This document shows positions 29,177 to 38,430 of a DNA stretch of 59,743 nt, piece by piece (positions within the stretch are counted from its first letter, which is position 1; each line of letters opens with the position of its first letter). This DNA is from a virus (lineage: Duplodnaviria > Caudoviricetes), in the IMG/VR virus record IMGVR_UViG_3300015263_000360, positions 1 to 59,743 of that record; one strand, written 5' to 3'. Position numbers and translations under genes: made by a program. The notes under the pieces are model-generated. The model saw nothing but the letters and a program-made list of their open reading frames with translations, had not been told where the DNA came from and made no database searches.

Positions 29177-29693
29177 ACACTGGCCTGTCGTCAGTGTCTA
29201 TTCCTTTTTGTTGTAGCTCGAGAAGAAATAGTAAATTAGTAGCAGCATGAGCCAGATGGTTGAGATTGCTATCACCAGTGGTATCCTCTCTCTCGTAGTA
29301 CCACGCTTTCATGTGTCTCATGGCTGCATCAAAGTATGCTGACCACGCAACCGGCCTTACCCAGTTGAATCGTTCGTACTTCTCATTGCCATGTTCACAG
29401 ACCTTGACCACTTCTTCTAGCGCGTTGTAAGGCAGCAAGTTCCACTGCCTCTTACCCTCAATCACCTTATGATTTGAACCGCTCAAGGATGTTGACAACC
29501 TTTCTGGCTCCCGTGGTACCGGCGGTAGCCCGTGCAATGCTCTGTACGTGGGGGAGTACTTCTCCCACAGCGCTACTATTTCCGGTGGAGTCGGTTCGAA
29601 GCACGCTTGAAGGGCAGAAGTAAGCCGCTCTCTTGCCTCCATGCGTTGCTTTATATTTCTCAAGCATGGCATCTTTTCCCAGAATCCACCCAT
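29142..29693 (-). CDS. dATP/dGTP diphosphohydrolase domain protein (DUF5664-like); start uncertain
   Basis: GKRQWNLLP.ALEEVVKV.EHGNEKY...NW, DAAMRHM.AW, DSNLNHLAHAA.NLLFL. Confidence 0.85.
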   Translation of the reverse strand: MGGFWEKMPCLRNIKQRMEARERLTSALQACFEPTPPEIVALWEKYSPTYRALHGLPPVPREPERLSTSLSGSNHKVIEGKRQWNLLPYNALEEVVKVCEHGNEKYERFNWVRPVAWSAYFDAAMRHMKAWYYEREDTTGDSNLNHLAHAATNLLFLLELQQKGIDTDDRPVFEMEHDYGQPI

Positions 29694-30066
29694 GAATTTT
29701 CACCTCAGGTCCTTCTCCAGTGGTGAGCCAATACACCCTCTCCGGGTCGTCTCCTGGTCTAATGATAAGATCCCAGTCGTCTCTTGATCTATGGCGCACC
29801 TCATGGCAAGGGGGTATATCAGGCTCGCGCTTGAATTTGTCAATGTGAGCAGGCCATGTAATCTTTAGAAACTTAGACAGAGCCAGCTCTCCTAGACACC
29901 CCCAAAGGTGAATAAGAAATCCCTGAGTAAAGGACTTATCGTTCACGCTGTCCTTTCTGTTAGCCAGCTCTGAGTATAACCACCGTTTCTCGGCTATGTT
30001 GATAGCCAGTGAGTACTCTTCGGGACTGAGCTTAACGACTTGCATACCTTGATCTCCCTCAACCAT
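29467..30066 (-). CDS. Hypothetical protein, possibly restriction-endonuclease-like fold
   Basis: G.LGELA, PD...EV, GWI...YF.P pattern. Confidence 0.6.
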   Translation of the reverse strand: MVEGDQGMQVVKLSPEEYSLAINIAEKRWLYSELANRKDSVNDKSFTQGFLIHLWGCLGELALSKFLKITWPAHIDKFKREPDIPPCHEVRHRSRDDWDLIIRPGDDPERVYWLTTGEGPEVKIHGWILGKDAMLEKYKATHGGKRAAYFCPSSVLRTDSTGNSSAVGEVLPHVQSIARATAGTTGARKVVNILERFKS

Positions 30067-31240
30067 ACATATAGAAGAGTTCTCCCAGCCAATCTAGAAC
30101 CTTCTTCCACCATGGTCGGTACACTTTTCTTGGACCACCACCAGAAACTATTACCTCTGGAGATCCATCCAACTCCGGAGGATTCGGTGAAGGGACAGTC
30201 TTTTTATTCAAGATCTCCTCCATTCCGTCGTAGCTGATATTCCAAATACGGGCTGGAAGCTCAAGTCGTAACACTGTGGTATTGCCTCCGGCCACTTCCT
30301 TGTCATACAATGGGTTGTCCACTTTAAACACAACCATGTCTTTTTCAATGGACCACGAAAGCTTTGCCTTGGATGGTCGCTGTCGTATACGTGTCATGTA
30401 GTTGGTGGGACTGATCTCGATGATATGCTTTAAGCTAGAGTGACCAAAATTTTCTGAGCGCGCAGAAGGTCTGCTTAAGTAAGAAGAATCAATGGCGCCC
30501 ATGATAGCCGGGGTATTCCCGTTTATGTCCTCTTTTAAAAGCACGGCGCTTACATAGTAATCCATGTATCGCCCACGTACAAAATAGGTGGGAACCTTTA
30601 AAGGCCAGATGTAAGAATCACGAAAGCTCATCCACTCAAAGGCATCCTTGAAGAAGCTATACAGCGCTCCATCCTTTTTACAGGCTGCATGCATGAAACC
30701 ATAGCCAGAGATATCTTTCCAGTATTTCTTGTAACCCTTTACCTTCTTCCAGTCTCCTCTTCCTTCCGAGAAGAATCTATACAGAAAGTCTAGCTCGTCG
30801 GACGTGGCTGATCCATGACCAGTGCCACGCATGCCAACCAGGTGGATCTTCTTCTCTGGGCCAAGTCGCATCTCTTTCGCATACCAAAAGAAGCTACCCA
30901 CGCTCTCTTTGCAGAGGTCATATAGTTCTTGGTTACCTGCCTGAGCAATACATGCTAGTCCCACCACGTGGTAGGGCCAGTAGATAGGTGACATCTGCTC
31001 ACTATTCCAGTTGCCATTCTCTTTTTCGTTCTTCAGCACGGCAATAATTTCATCCGTGTTACGGAGCTTCCCGTCCACGATGGTTTTCAGGCCATGCTCA
31101 ATCTTCCACAAATTCTGGCTTCCCTGTGGGTTGGTAGTGGGAGGATGAACATAGTATTTATTTAGAGATCGATCAGGGTAGATCCCTGAACCAACCAGCC
31201 GCCTATTTAATTCAGGCCATACGTTGTCTTCTGTGCCCAT
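30059..31240 (-). CDS. Hypothetical protein
   Basis: 393-aa ORF; C-terminal amphipathic PWWKKVLDWLGELF. Confidence 0.75.
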   Translation of the reverse strand: MGTEDNVWPELNRRLVGSGIYPDRSLNKYYVHPPTTNPQGSQNLWKIEHGLKTIVDGKLRNTDEIIAVLKNEKENGNWNSEQMSPIYWPYHVVGLACIAQAGNQELYDLCKESVGSFFWYAKEMRLGPEKKIHLVGMRGTGHGSATSDELDFLYRFFSEGRGDWKKVKGYKKYWKDISGYGFMHAACKKDGALYSFFKDAFEWMSFRDSYIWPLKVPTYFVRGRYMDYYVSAVLLKEDINGNTPAIMGAIDSSYLSRPSARSENFGHSSLKHIIEISPTNYMTRIRQRPSKAKLSWSIEKDMVVFKVDNPLYDKEVAGGNTTVLRLELPARIWNISYDGMEEILNKKTVPSPNPPELDGSPEVIVSGGGPRKVYRPWWKKVLDWLGELFYMYG

Positions 31241-31444
31241 GATTAGTATTCGGCTTCTACGATAAGGATTCCGTCCACACCTTCCACTGCCTTTTCTAGC
31301 AGATCGCTAATGTACTCGGCCAGTGCGGGACCATGGCTTGCATCTGTGGCCACCACTGGGTGTCCATCATTGTCCAGAATTGCATAGATATCTTCCACTC
31401 TTCTCACTTCAAAGGGACCCGAAAAACAAAGGATCTTCTCCATC

Positions 31445-31843
31445 TCAATCTCCCATTCTATGGATTTCCACAGCAGTGAAATCCTCTCCAGTACCAAAGG
31501 ACACCCTGGAACCATCCAGGCTCTGCACCCATGTATCATTGCTGATCACGTTTGCCTTTTGTAGCAAGTCTAACGCGGCTGTTATCAAGTTGTCTAAGTC
31601 CATTCTTCTGTTGTTCGCCACACTAAAATCAAACTTACACCACAACAAACAATCAGAAGAACCCAGTCTTTTCTTGCTTTTCCATTGCTTAGCAATCTGA
31701 GGAAGCTGCTCAGCTAAGGCTCTCTTGTACACCTTGGAAGGCACGATCATTGCTCGAGGTTTAGCACCACGATATACAATGCTCTGACTGTTTTTCTTAG
31801 TGGGAGGTCTCCCTGTCCACTTTAATGATGCTAGCTTTTTCAT
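31445..31843 (-). CDS. rusA: RusA-like Holliday junction resolvase
   Basis: PPTKKN, RRMDLDNL..AALDLL...VISND..V motifs. Confidence 0.85.
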   Translation of the reverse strand: MKKLASLKWTGRPPTKKNSQSIVYRGAKPRAMIVPSKVYKRALAEQLPQIAKQWKSKKRLGSSDCLLWCKFDFSVANNRRMDLDNLITAALDLLQKANVISNDTWVQSLDGSRVSFGTGEDFTAVEIHRMGD

Positions 31844-32208
31844 TGCACAGGTTCTAACCAGTAGAGATACTCACCTCTCTCGAGCCAACCTCGCTCATGA
31901 AGAGGGAAGCTGTCCTCTTTCTGGTATTCCTTTCTTTGTAAGATATCTAGCATTAACTTGCGGTTGCTTGGTTCGGTGGCATCGTAACGTGCCAACGTGT
32001 ACTTAATGCCCCTTCCTGTCGATGCCAAGAAGTAATAACCAGATGCATGCTCAGGGAATTCCCGACCAAGCAAAGCGGTGGGTGCCACATATGATAGCTC
32101 AGGCATGATGTCTTGCAGCGTGCTGAACAGTCGCGCTCTGCCTCTTACGGGCAAGAACCGTTCCCCGGCTTCTCTTACCCTTTCGCCGGATATATACCAA
32201 GCGGTCAT
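31840..32208 (-). CDS. Hypothetical protein
   Basis: 122-aa ORF with ATGA overlaps on both sides. Confidence 0.7.
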   Translation of the reverse strand: MTAWYISGERVREAGERFLPVRGRARLFSTLQDIMPELSYVAPTALLGREFPEHASGYYFLASTGRGIKYTLARYDATEPSNRKLMLDILQRKEYQKEDSFPLHERGWLERGEYLYWLEPVQ

Positions 32209-33698
32209 TCGTCTGAGATGGTTGTCTGGCTGGACTGTCTGGTCTCCCAGATGAAACCATCTTCCCTCACGTTAAACATCAATAAGCGATCCTTCACATT
32301 CTTGCCTGTGATACGAACCACGCCTGATGTGGAATCCCTATCTCTAGACAGGGACCAGATCACATCAGAAGCTGCGGTCATTCCCATGCTACCTGAAGCG
32401 TGGGCAAGGAAGTCACGGCCATCTTGTTTTGACCTGTGGTGTACACCCACGATAGCAATGTTATGATGCTTGGCAAGAGCTGACAGCTTGGCTAATACAT
32501 AAACATCTTTCTGATATGCGTCCTTTCCTGGAACCTCACCAGCAGGCCAGAACCTAGCCAGGATGTCAATCACAATCAGACCAGTGTGTGGGTTCACTTC
32601 AATATAATCTTCCAGATCCTTGAAGCCGCCTTGATCCATGCGGTCCCATTCAAATGTCACGTCCAGGTTGTCATCGGGCTGTCTACCTTGAAGGATTCTA
32701 TTCCATCGCAGGCGAGCGAAGTGTTCTCCCTGTTCTAAGTCTAGGTATAATACACCAGACTTTTTGGTACGGAACTGATTGAAGGCGTAGTCACCCTCAC
32801 TAACCGCGCGTGCCATATTGGCACACAACATACTCTTCCCTAGCTTAGCGTCGGCATAGAGCAGAGTGAATCCCTGTGGTAGAATATCTTGCACATACCA
32901 TGTAGGTTCCGGGATGTTAGCAGACATCAAGTCCTTAAGCTTCCAGATCTTCTTCTTGTGCTGAACCTTAGGTTCTGCTGGGTAGCGCTTCCAGACTCGG
33001 TCCACGAGCTCTTCCATGGGGCGCTCCACGTAAGGCGGCGAGGCATTCATTGCAGCGGTCTTCAGTACAATAAGAGCCTCCTCTTTAGAGAGATCTAATC
33101 TCCGAAGCCGGGCCGCTAATTTAAATAGCGCTGTCTGTCTCCCACCCTCTTGGACCCCTGAGATGATTTTAACTGGATCAATTCGAGAAGCCGTCTCCTC
33201 TTCCACGGTGTGCACCAAGGGCACAATCCAGTCAGGACAATCCTCAATGTAACTATCCAGCAGACTACGTTCCCAGTAATAGGCTTCCCCTGTATCTGGG
33301 TGGATGGAAGGTGGTGCCATCACGTAGGACCCAAAGGCTCTAACGTCAACCCCCTTCACGATTCCCGTGCTTGGTCTCACGTGAGTGCCTGCTGGGATTC
33401 TGTACCAGAAATGGTACCCCCCTGTGGCCCTAGGCGTGCGGCAAGTCACCGTGGGTGGCAGTTTCCCCAGGTCAATTGCCCCCTCGCCATCCACGAGATC
33501 CACGTCCAGCACAAGCACGTCTTCAGGAATTGCAATACCGATATTGTAATTGGGGTTCTTGGTCCACCACTCTATGATGCGCTCACGGTCCACTGTCGCA
33601 TCTTTAAAACCATTAACGGTGGCCGGACGTTTCGACTTGTACCCACAAGGAAACACCTTGAGCCCCAGCTCTGCATACGCTAACGCCTGCTTCAGCAT
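32205..33698 (-). CDS. Bifunctional primase-polymerase fused to RecA-family (AAA_25) helicase
   Basis: VFPC...KRP, NIGIA...VLDVD, GGYHFWY, DVRA.GSYVMAPPS; YADAKLGKS, YLDLE, IVIDIL, HHRSK; GGAGG RBS before 33698. Confidence 0.9.
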   Translation of the reverse strand: MLKQALAYAELGLKVFPCGYKSKRPATVNGFKDATVDRERIIEWWTKNPNYNIGIAIPEDVLVLDVDLVDGEGAIDLGKLPPTVTCRTPRATGGYHFWYRIPAGTHVRPSTGIVKGVDVRAFGSYVMAPPSIHPDTGEAYYWERSLLDSYIEDCPDWIVPLVHTVEEETASRIDPVKIISGVQEGGRQTALFKLAARLRRLDLSKEEALIVLKTAAMNASPPYVERPMEELVDRVWKRYPAEPKVQHKKKIWKLKDLMSANIPEPTWYVQDILPQGFTLLYADAKLGKSMLCANMARAVSEGDYAFNQFRTKKSGVLYLDLEQGEHFARLRWNRILQGRQPDDNLDVTFEWDRMDQGGFKDLEDYIEVNPHTGLIVIDILARFWPAGEVPGKDAYQKDVYVLAKLSALAKHHNIAIVGVHHRSKQDGRDFLAHASGSMGMTAASDVIWSLSRDRDSTSGVVRITGKNVKDRLLMFNVREDGFIWETRQSSQTTISDE

Positions 33699-33714
33699 TC
33701 CACCTCCACGACAC

Positions 33715-34053
33715 TCACGGTTCACTGCGTGCGCGCAAGATTTCTTCTGCGTGCCGTCTAAGTGCCATTGCAACTGTTCTTGTCCACCATTCCACCAAAG
33801 TCTCGTTCCCCTCAGGACCCACAAATTCCCATGGATCCCCCCCGCACTCTTCGCACACGTACCGCAGGTCAGGCTCCCATGCCTGGCTAGGACCTCCACC
33901 TAATGAATGCGGTATCCATACTTGATGTCCGCATTGCCTGCATGACACGCGACCAAGCACCTGCCCACGCACGCGAACAAGCGAGTCATTCCAATGAAAA
34001 AGCTCAGCTCCTTCTGGCGGTGGTAGGTCTACCCAGTCATCATTGCGTCCCAT
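33715..34053 (-). CDS. Zinc-ribbon protein
   Basis: CRQC...CEEC. Confidence 0.6.
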   Translation of the reverse strand: MGRNDDWVDLPPPEGAELFHWNDSLVRVRGQVLGRVSCRQCGHQVWIPHSLGGGPSQAWEPDLRYVCEECGGDPWEFVGPEGNETLVEWWTRTVAMALRRHAEEILRARSEP

Positions 34054-34089
34054 GCTATCTCCTACTAGCCCACGGTTCACTGCGTGCAT

Positions 34090-34257
34090 TTATAGCGCGT
34101 CACACCAATCGTACACTTGTTCGTAATGATGACGTTTCTCTGGATCTTTTGGTTTCTTCGTGTAACGACGCTCTTTGTAGGAAGAGCTTCGTCCACACAC
34201 TGGGCACTCTATCCAGAAGAACTCATACCAGTATCCCTTCTTGGATTGCTTGCTCAC
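34090..34257 (-). CDS. Small basic protein (55 aa, MSKQSKKGYW...CPVCG), absent from the ORF track
   Basis: GTG start after GAGG; fills gap between neighbours. Confidence 0.55.
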   Translation of the reverse strand: MSKQSKKGYWYEFFWIECPVCGRSSSYKERRYTKKPKDPEKRHHYEQVYDWCDAL

Positions 34258-34626
34258 GTCCTCTCCTGATCGTATTGTATTTGAATCTTAAACCAGTCTG
34301 TCAGTTCTTTTATTCCATCTGGTTTTTTTGGTACGCGCGCAGGCGGAGCCACAGACTCTCGATAACATTGGCGGCATAGCGTGGCCTTGTATCTCTTGCG
34401 AGGTCCGCCACAATGTGCACATGTGCGTGGTGATTGTTTATGCCCTGGCATCAGTGCGAGTAAACTTTGTGATGCGGTAACGAATGTCTGTCCAAACTTG
34501 CGACAGCACACGTTTTTGTTCTCGAGCGTGTTCCCTAGTTCGGTTGATGTCCAAGAGAAGAGGATACCACACGTTTGATCCAGGGAATTGTCTTTCAACT
34601 ACCCACAAGTTCTTTAGCTTCATGGC

Positions 34627-35244
34627 TCACGCCGCCCTTCTAGCCCTCACTGCAGGTTTCTTTTTCACGGGCTCATACGGCTTCTTATCGTAGACGAGCT
34701 GCACGACTGGGTAATTCCCATGGTTTGATTTGTACTCCCAAACCTTCTTCCAACCCAGTTCAAGAAGCTCATCCAAGGATTTGTACAGCTTTTGCGTGGG
34801 GATAAGAGTCATGACTATTGCCGCGTCAGACGAATTGGATTCAGCCACAAGAGTGGTAATTCCAGGCGAGGCATTCCACATCCCAGCCAGTACAAGCAAT
34901 CGACAGCAAGAGGGAAAAGCCTGAACTTTACCACCAAAGATTCTTAAACGCCCAAGAGTCCTAATCAGGCTTGCTCTTGTCTTAGCCTTTTTAATCTTCT
35001 CTATAATCATTTGTTTAGTGATCAGTCGTCTGTATCCCCAGTAATCGAATTGCCACTTTTCCCTTGCTTTTCTTTGAAGATCTACCCGTGCTTGAACGGT
35101 CATCTCGTAGAAGTAGTTGTCTTTGAGAGTTAGTTTGGGATGTGATTGCCTAGACGAAAACACCTTTTCAATCTCAACAATAGCAGCCTCTCTCAATCTA
35201 CTAGTAATAGATTGTTCTTTCTTGGTGCTCTTCTTTGCAGTCAT
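34627..35244 (-). CDS. Hypothetical protein, possibly GNAT-like C-terminal domain
   Basis: FPSCC...LLELGWKKVWEYKSNHG..V pattern. Confidence 0.6.
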   Translation of the reverse strand: MTAKKSTKKEQSITSRLREAAIVEIEKVFSSRQSHPKLTLKDNYFYEMTVQARVDLQRKAREKWQFDYWGYRRLITKQMIIEKIKKAKTRASLIRTLGRLRIFGGKVQAFPSCCRLLVLAGMWNASPGITTLVAESNSSDAAIVMTLIPTQKLYKSLDELLELGWKKVWEYKSNHGNYPVVQLVYDKKPYEPVKKKPAVRARRAA

Positions 35245-35246
35245 AA

Positions 35247-36590
35247 CTAATCCTTGTATGGATCGAATGTACTACTTGGTGCCATGAGAACCACTCGGGG
35301 CTTCAAAGTGTGAAGCACATCAATTGTGCTAGCGTGTAACTTCATCACGTCTTCCATCTTCCTGTAGCACACGGGAGCTTCATCCACTCCGCCTCCTCTA
35401 AGAATCACGTTGGCATCTCTAACCGATTTGGTTAGATCTGATATCCCCACTTGAGGTGGTGCGATAGTGGTGAAAGAATAATCCATCTTCAGGTCTTTCT
35501 TACAGACAGGGCACTTAGGATAGTCTTCTTTAAAGACCGCGCTCGGAGAGAACCTCTCATTCACTCTTGTGCATCCAACGGTACGGCAGTACCAAGTTTT
35601 TGATGTACGAAACTTTCCACGCGCTTGGGTTCTGCTCATCAGTCTACCCGTGCCGTGCACGGTGGAAGAGAGCAGCGCCTTCTGAAGAATTCGAGCCTCA
35701 CTATTCTCTTCAAGTAGAACCTTTCCCATTACAATATGGGCAGGCCCTGTCATGCTGCTTCCGATGAATGAGATCTGTCCCGCATGGGCAGGTGTGGCTC
35801 CCTTACGGTGCACCCACACAGTGCCGATATCTGGATGAGTTTCTTTCCAGATGAAGTTGTGATGATTGTGCACAGCGTAGATTGTTTTGGCACCAAGCAC
35901 CTTAAGCGCTTGATCAATTACCCAGGCTCTTCCTATCTTGGCATAGTCACCGGCAAGATGCATGGCCGTAAGATAATGCTGTGCCTTATCAGACGTGTCC
36001 ACTAGAGTCGACTTGCTGAGGTCGGTTCTATTAGAGAAGGAATGCTCACTACCCCAGGAGTTAAACCCATTGCAAATGTTCCAGCCTAGTCCCCTAGAAC
36101 CGAAGTGTACTGCCACCCACACAGCATTAGTGGATGGTTCTATATAAAGGTTTACAAAATGATTCCCGGAACCTATGGTTCCTAGTTGGTTTCGACCCAG
36201 CTTCTTTAAGCGATCCACTTCTAGCTTTGGGATAGCCTCCCATCTCTCGTCTTCAAAGATCTCGTGGTCGGTTGGAGAGGAACTAGAGGTATTACTTTTT
36301 CCAATCCCAAACGTGAGTGTCTTTTCGAGTTCATCGGCTATCTTGTACCACTCTGAGGGAAGTAAGTCAGACGCCGAGACATTGGTTTTCACGGCCATGT
36401 TCCCGCACCCGATGTCATAGCCAGCACCTGCTATGAGGATACGGTTCTTGAAAGCTAGCACCCCTCCCACCGGAACCACGTGTCCTAAATGCCCATCTGC
36501 CAGAAGCGCACTACGTTCTGCTAGCTTACTACAATCGCGCATTTGTGTTAAGGTATTGGTATCGTGGGAACCGATGATTGTTAGTGTCAT
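35247..36590 (-). CDS. rtcB: RtcB-family RNA ligase with Cys4 insertion
   Basis: DGHLG..VPVGG, GYDIGCG, LGTIGSGNHF, HFGSRG, HHNF, HRKGAT, HGTGR.MSR, DEAP.CYR. Confidence 0.95.
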   Translation of the reverse strand: MTLTIIGSHDTNTLTQMRDCSKLAERSALLADGHLGHVVPVGGVLAFKNRILIAGAGYDIGCGNMAVKTNVSASDLLPSEWYKIADELEKTLTFGIGKSNTSSSSPTDHEIFEDERWEAIPKLEVDRLKKLGRNQLGTIGSGNHFVNLYIEPSTNAVWVAVHFGSRGLGWNICNGFNSWGSEHSFSNRTDLSKSTLVDTSDKAQHYLTAMHLAGDYAKIGRAWVIDQALKVLGAKTIYAVHNHHNFIWKETHPDIGTVWVHRKGATPAHAGQISFIGSSMTGPAHIVMGKVLLEENSEARILQKALLSSTVHGTGRLMSRTQARGKFRTSKTWYCRTVGCTRVNERFSPSAVFKEDYPKCPVCKKDLKMDYSFTTIAPPQVGISDLTKSVRDANVILRGGGVDEAPVCYRKMEDVMKLHASTIDVLHTLKPRVVLMAPSSTFDPYKD

Positions 36591-36604
36591 CTATTACCGC
36601 CTTG

Positions 36605-37417
36605 TTATACAGGGGGGAGCTCTAGCTTCCACGTGTCTACAAAATCTCGGGCTATCTTCGTGACTACATCCTCGCTTACCCAGGCGAAAGACGCGGCAAG
36701 CCCTGCTTGTTGATCCCAACGTGACTGGTTCCTGGGCTTGTTCGCTTCCTTCACTGCTTCGTTTGTTTTGTTGTAGACCCATTCAACTAGAGCATCATTA
36801 AAGATCCACGTGTTAGGCAGCGTGCGATACTCCAAGCCATAAGGCTTGGGACGAAATGCTCCTATGTTCCCATAGAGTTTCTTTCTATGGTAGTCAGGAG
36901 CAGCTACAAAGAAAGGGATCCCTAGATATGTATCAAGCAAGCTTACTATATCTCTCACGGTTTTGAAGGTCATCTTCTTTAAGGGCTCTAGCCCTAGGTG
37001 TAGATGTCCTCCTGCACTCCGCATGTTCTTGTTAGAGCTGTGCGCAGGCTGAGTCAAAGCACCGCTGTATGCATCGAAGTCTGGGTCACACCCAAAGGTG
37101 CGTGCTTGTGGAGTGGCGAGTTGTTTTTTGCTGAACTCCGCTGATGCACTTTTCAAAAGCCCACAACTGTGAGCTTCAGCAATTGTATTTACAATGGACA
37201 ATCCTTCTTTGATCTTACTTGCGAAGTTACGCAGATCCGCAGATGGACTGATGGTAAACTCAGCGGCCACGTTGTCTTCAAGGATACAAATGTTATCACT
37301 AACCGGGAGGGGCTCGTGCTTCTCTCCGCCCACCTTACCCTCTGCAGACTCTGCTTCATCCCCTCTGCTAAAGAAAACTTCCGGGTCAGCACCGATCGTC
37401 ACTAGCCGAATGTCCAT
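36605..37417 (-). CDS. phiEco32-like COOH-NH2 ligase (type 2)
   Basis: TIGADPEVF, EDNVAAEF, FGCDPDFDAY, RSAGGHLHLG, RKKLYG..GAFRPKPYGLEYRTL; GGAG RBS before 37417. Confidence 0.9.
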   Translation of the reverse strand: MDIRLVTIGADPEVFFSRGDEAESAEGKVGGEKHEPLPVSDNICILEDNVAAEFTISPSADLRNFASKIKEGLSIVNTIAEAHSCGLLKSASAEFSKKQLATPQARTFGCDPDFDAYSGALTQPAHSSNKNMRSAGGHLHLGLEPLKKMTFKTVRDIVSLLDTYLGIPFFVAAPDYHRKKLYGNIGAFRPKPYGLEYRTLPNTWIFNDALVEWVYNKTNEAVKEANKPRNQSRWDQQAGLAASFAWVSEDVVTKIARDFVDTWKLELPPV

Positions 37418-37422
37418 ACTGT

Positions 37423-37720
37423 CTCCAAGAGAAAGAACAACTCGGACGCTCTCAAGTCTGGTGAGTCTGTCCATCGAGCCGCATTTCCGTAACCATTAAC
37501 GTAGGTTCGAATGCTCCAGCCGGGTATGCCAACCAGCTCACCACGTAATCGACAAGAGCTGACCGTCGAAACGGAATCACTATATGTCTATTTAGCAGGT
37601 GACGCTATTTCGAAACCACTTCAGTGGTCTCTTGGCTCGTAGACGTGAGCTACTCGCTTGTATTTAAGGGATACAAGACCCCTGTACAGTGTTAGAAGTG
37701 AGGCCCAACTGTGCTCGGAG
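37423..37720 (-). ncRNA. Unclassified ~300-nt structured RNA or 5' leader
   Basis: No credible ORF; paired ends and several hairpins on the - strand (CUUGUAU/AUACAAG, GAGACCAC/GUGGUUUC, CAGCUC/GAGCUG, GCAUU/AAUGC). Confidence 0.6.
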
Positions 37721-37722
37721 AG

Positions 37723-37824
37723 CTATGGACCGTTGCGCCACTGCCTCGTCCACTCAATAATTATCCATCTCATGATAACTACCACTAGTATTATCGTAAG
37801 TAACCAACCGATAACACCTTTCAA
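37723..37824 (-). CDS. Small single-TM peptide (MKGVIGWLLTIILVVVIMRWIIIEWTRQWRNGP)
   Basis: TTG start after AGGAG; hydrophobic core. Confidence 0.5.
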   Translation of the reverse strand: MKGVIGWLLTIILVVVIMRWIIIEWTRQWRNGP

Positions 37825-37837
37825 TGCCACTCCTATC

Positions 37838-37914
37838 TGGTACCCACGGAGGGACTCGAACCCCCAACGCTCGGATTTTAAGTCCGACGACTCTGCCAAT
37901 TGGTCTACGCGGGC
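37838..37914 (-). tRNA. tRNA-Leu(TAA), short variable loop
   Basis: Cloverleaf, TCGGA-CTTAAAA-TCCGA, GGTTCGAGTCC, encoded CCA. Confidence 0.92.
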
Positions 37915-37943
37915 TCCTAATCATTTCCCCACTCCTTTTATGC

Positions 37944-38020
37944 TGGTGCTCTCGGGAGGACTTGAACCTCCAACCAACAGCTTAGAAGGCTGCCGCTCTA
38001 TCCTGTTGAGCTACAAGAGC
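37944..38020 (-). tRNA. tRNA-Arg(TCT)
   Basis: GCAGC-CTTCTAA-GCTGT, GGTTCAAGTCC, CCA. Confidence 0.95.
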
Positions 38021-38025
38021 TATGT

Positions 38026-38403
38026 GGAGTCAGGCTCCCACCACTGCCTTTGACCCCGTGTGCACCCCCAACAGCTCATGACGAACCCTTGGTGCACTGC
38101 CCTAACGTCTTGAGCTTGGAGGAGGTACTAGCTCCTGTCACCCCAAACCAAGACGGTAAAAGTTGGAGGATAGAGAGATCTGCCTTTGGTCGGAGAACCT
38201 TCCATTACCAGATAGCAAGTCTATGAGGCACAGTGGCCTTGACTTGGCTCTCATGAGAGCGCTGTCTGACTAGTTATCTTCGCCTACGCTAGCTCAGCGA
38301 CATCACATACCAGACTGTTTAGCGTGATACTAAAGAGCTGCTCTCTCGGATTTAGCAGGGTCCGGTTCCTGGGTGTTTCCAATTCGGGAGCCGACATGAC
38401 TCC
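38026..38403 (-). ncRNA. Unclassified ~380-nt multi-branched structured RNA
   Basis: Terminal helices GGAGUCA/UGACUCC and GGCUCCC/GGGAGCC; many internal hairpins; no credible ORF; lies between tRNA-Pro and tRNA-Arg. Confidence 0.7.
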
Positions 38404-38430
38404 GTCGTGAGGCACACCTGGCCAGAACTT

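Noticed and set aside
32205-33899. 67-aa N-terminal extension of the primase-helicase
   Set aside because: It overlaps the upstream zinc-ribbon gene; a strong RBS precedes ATG 33698 where the domain begins
38026-38403. tmRNA, RNase P RNA or group I intron
   Set aside because: No T-arm, G3:U70 or CCA end; no GAGGAAAGUCC or matching 3' conserved region; P7-like words occur in the wrong order
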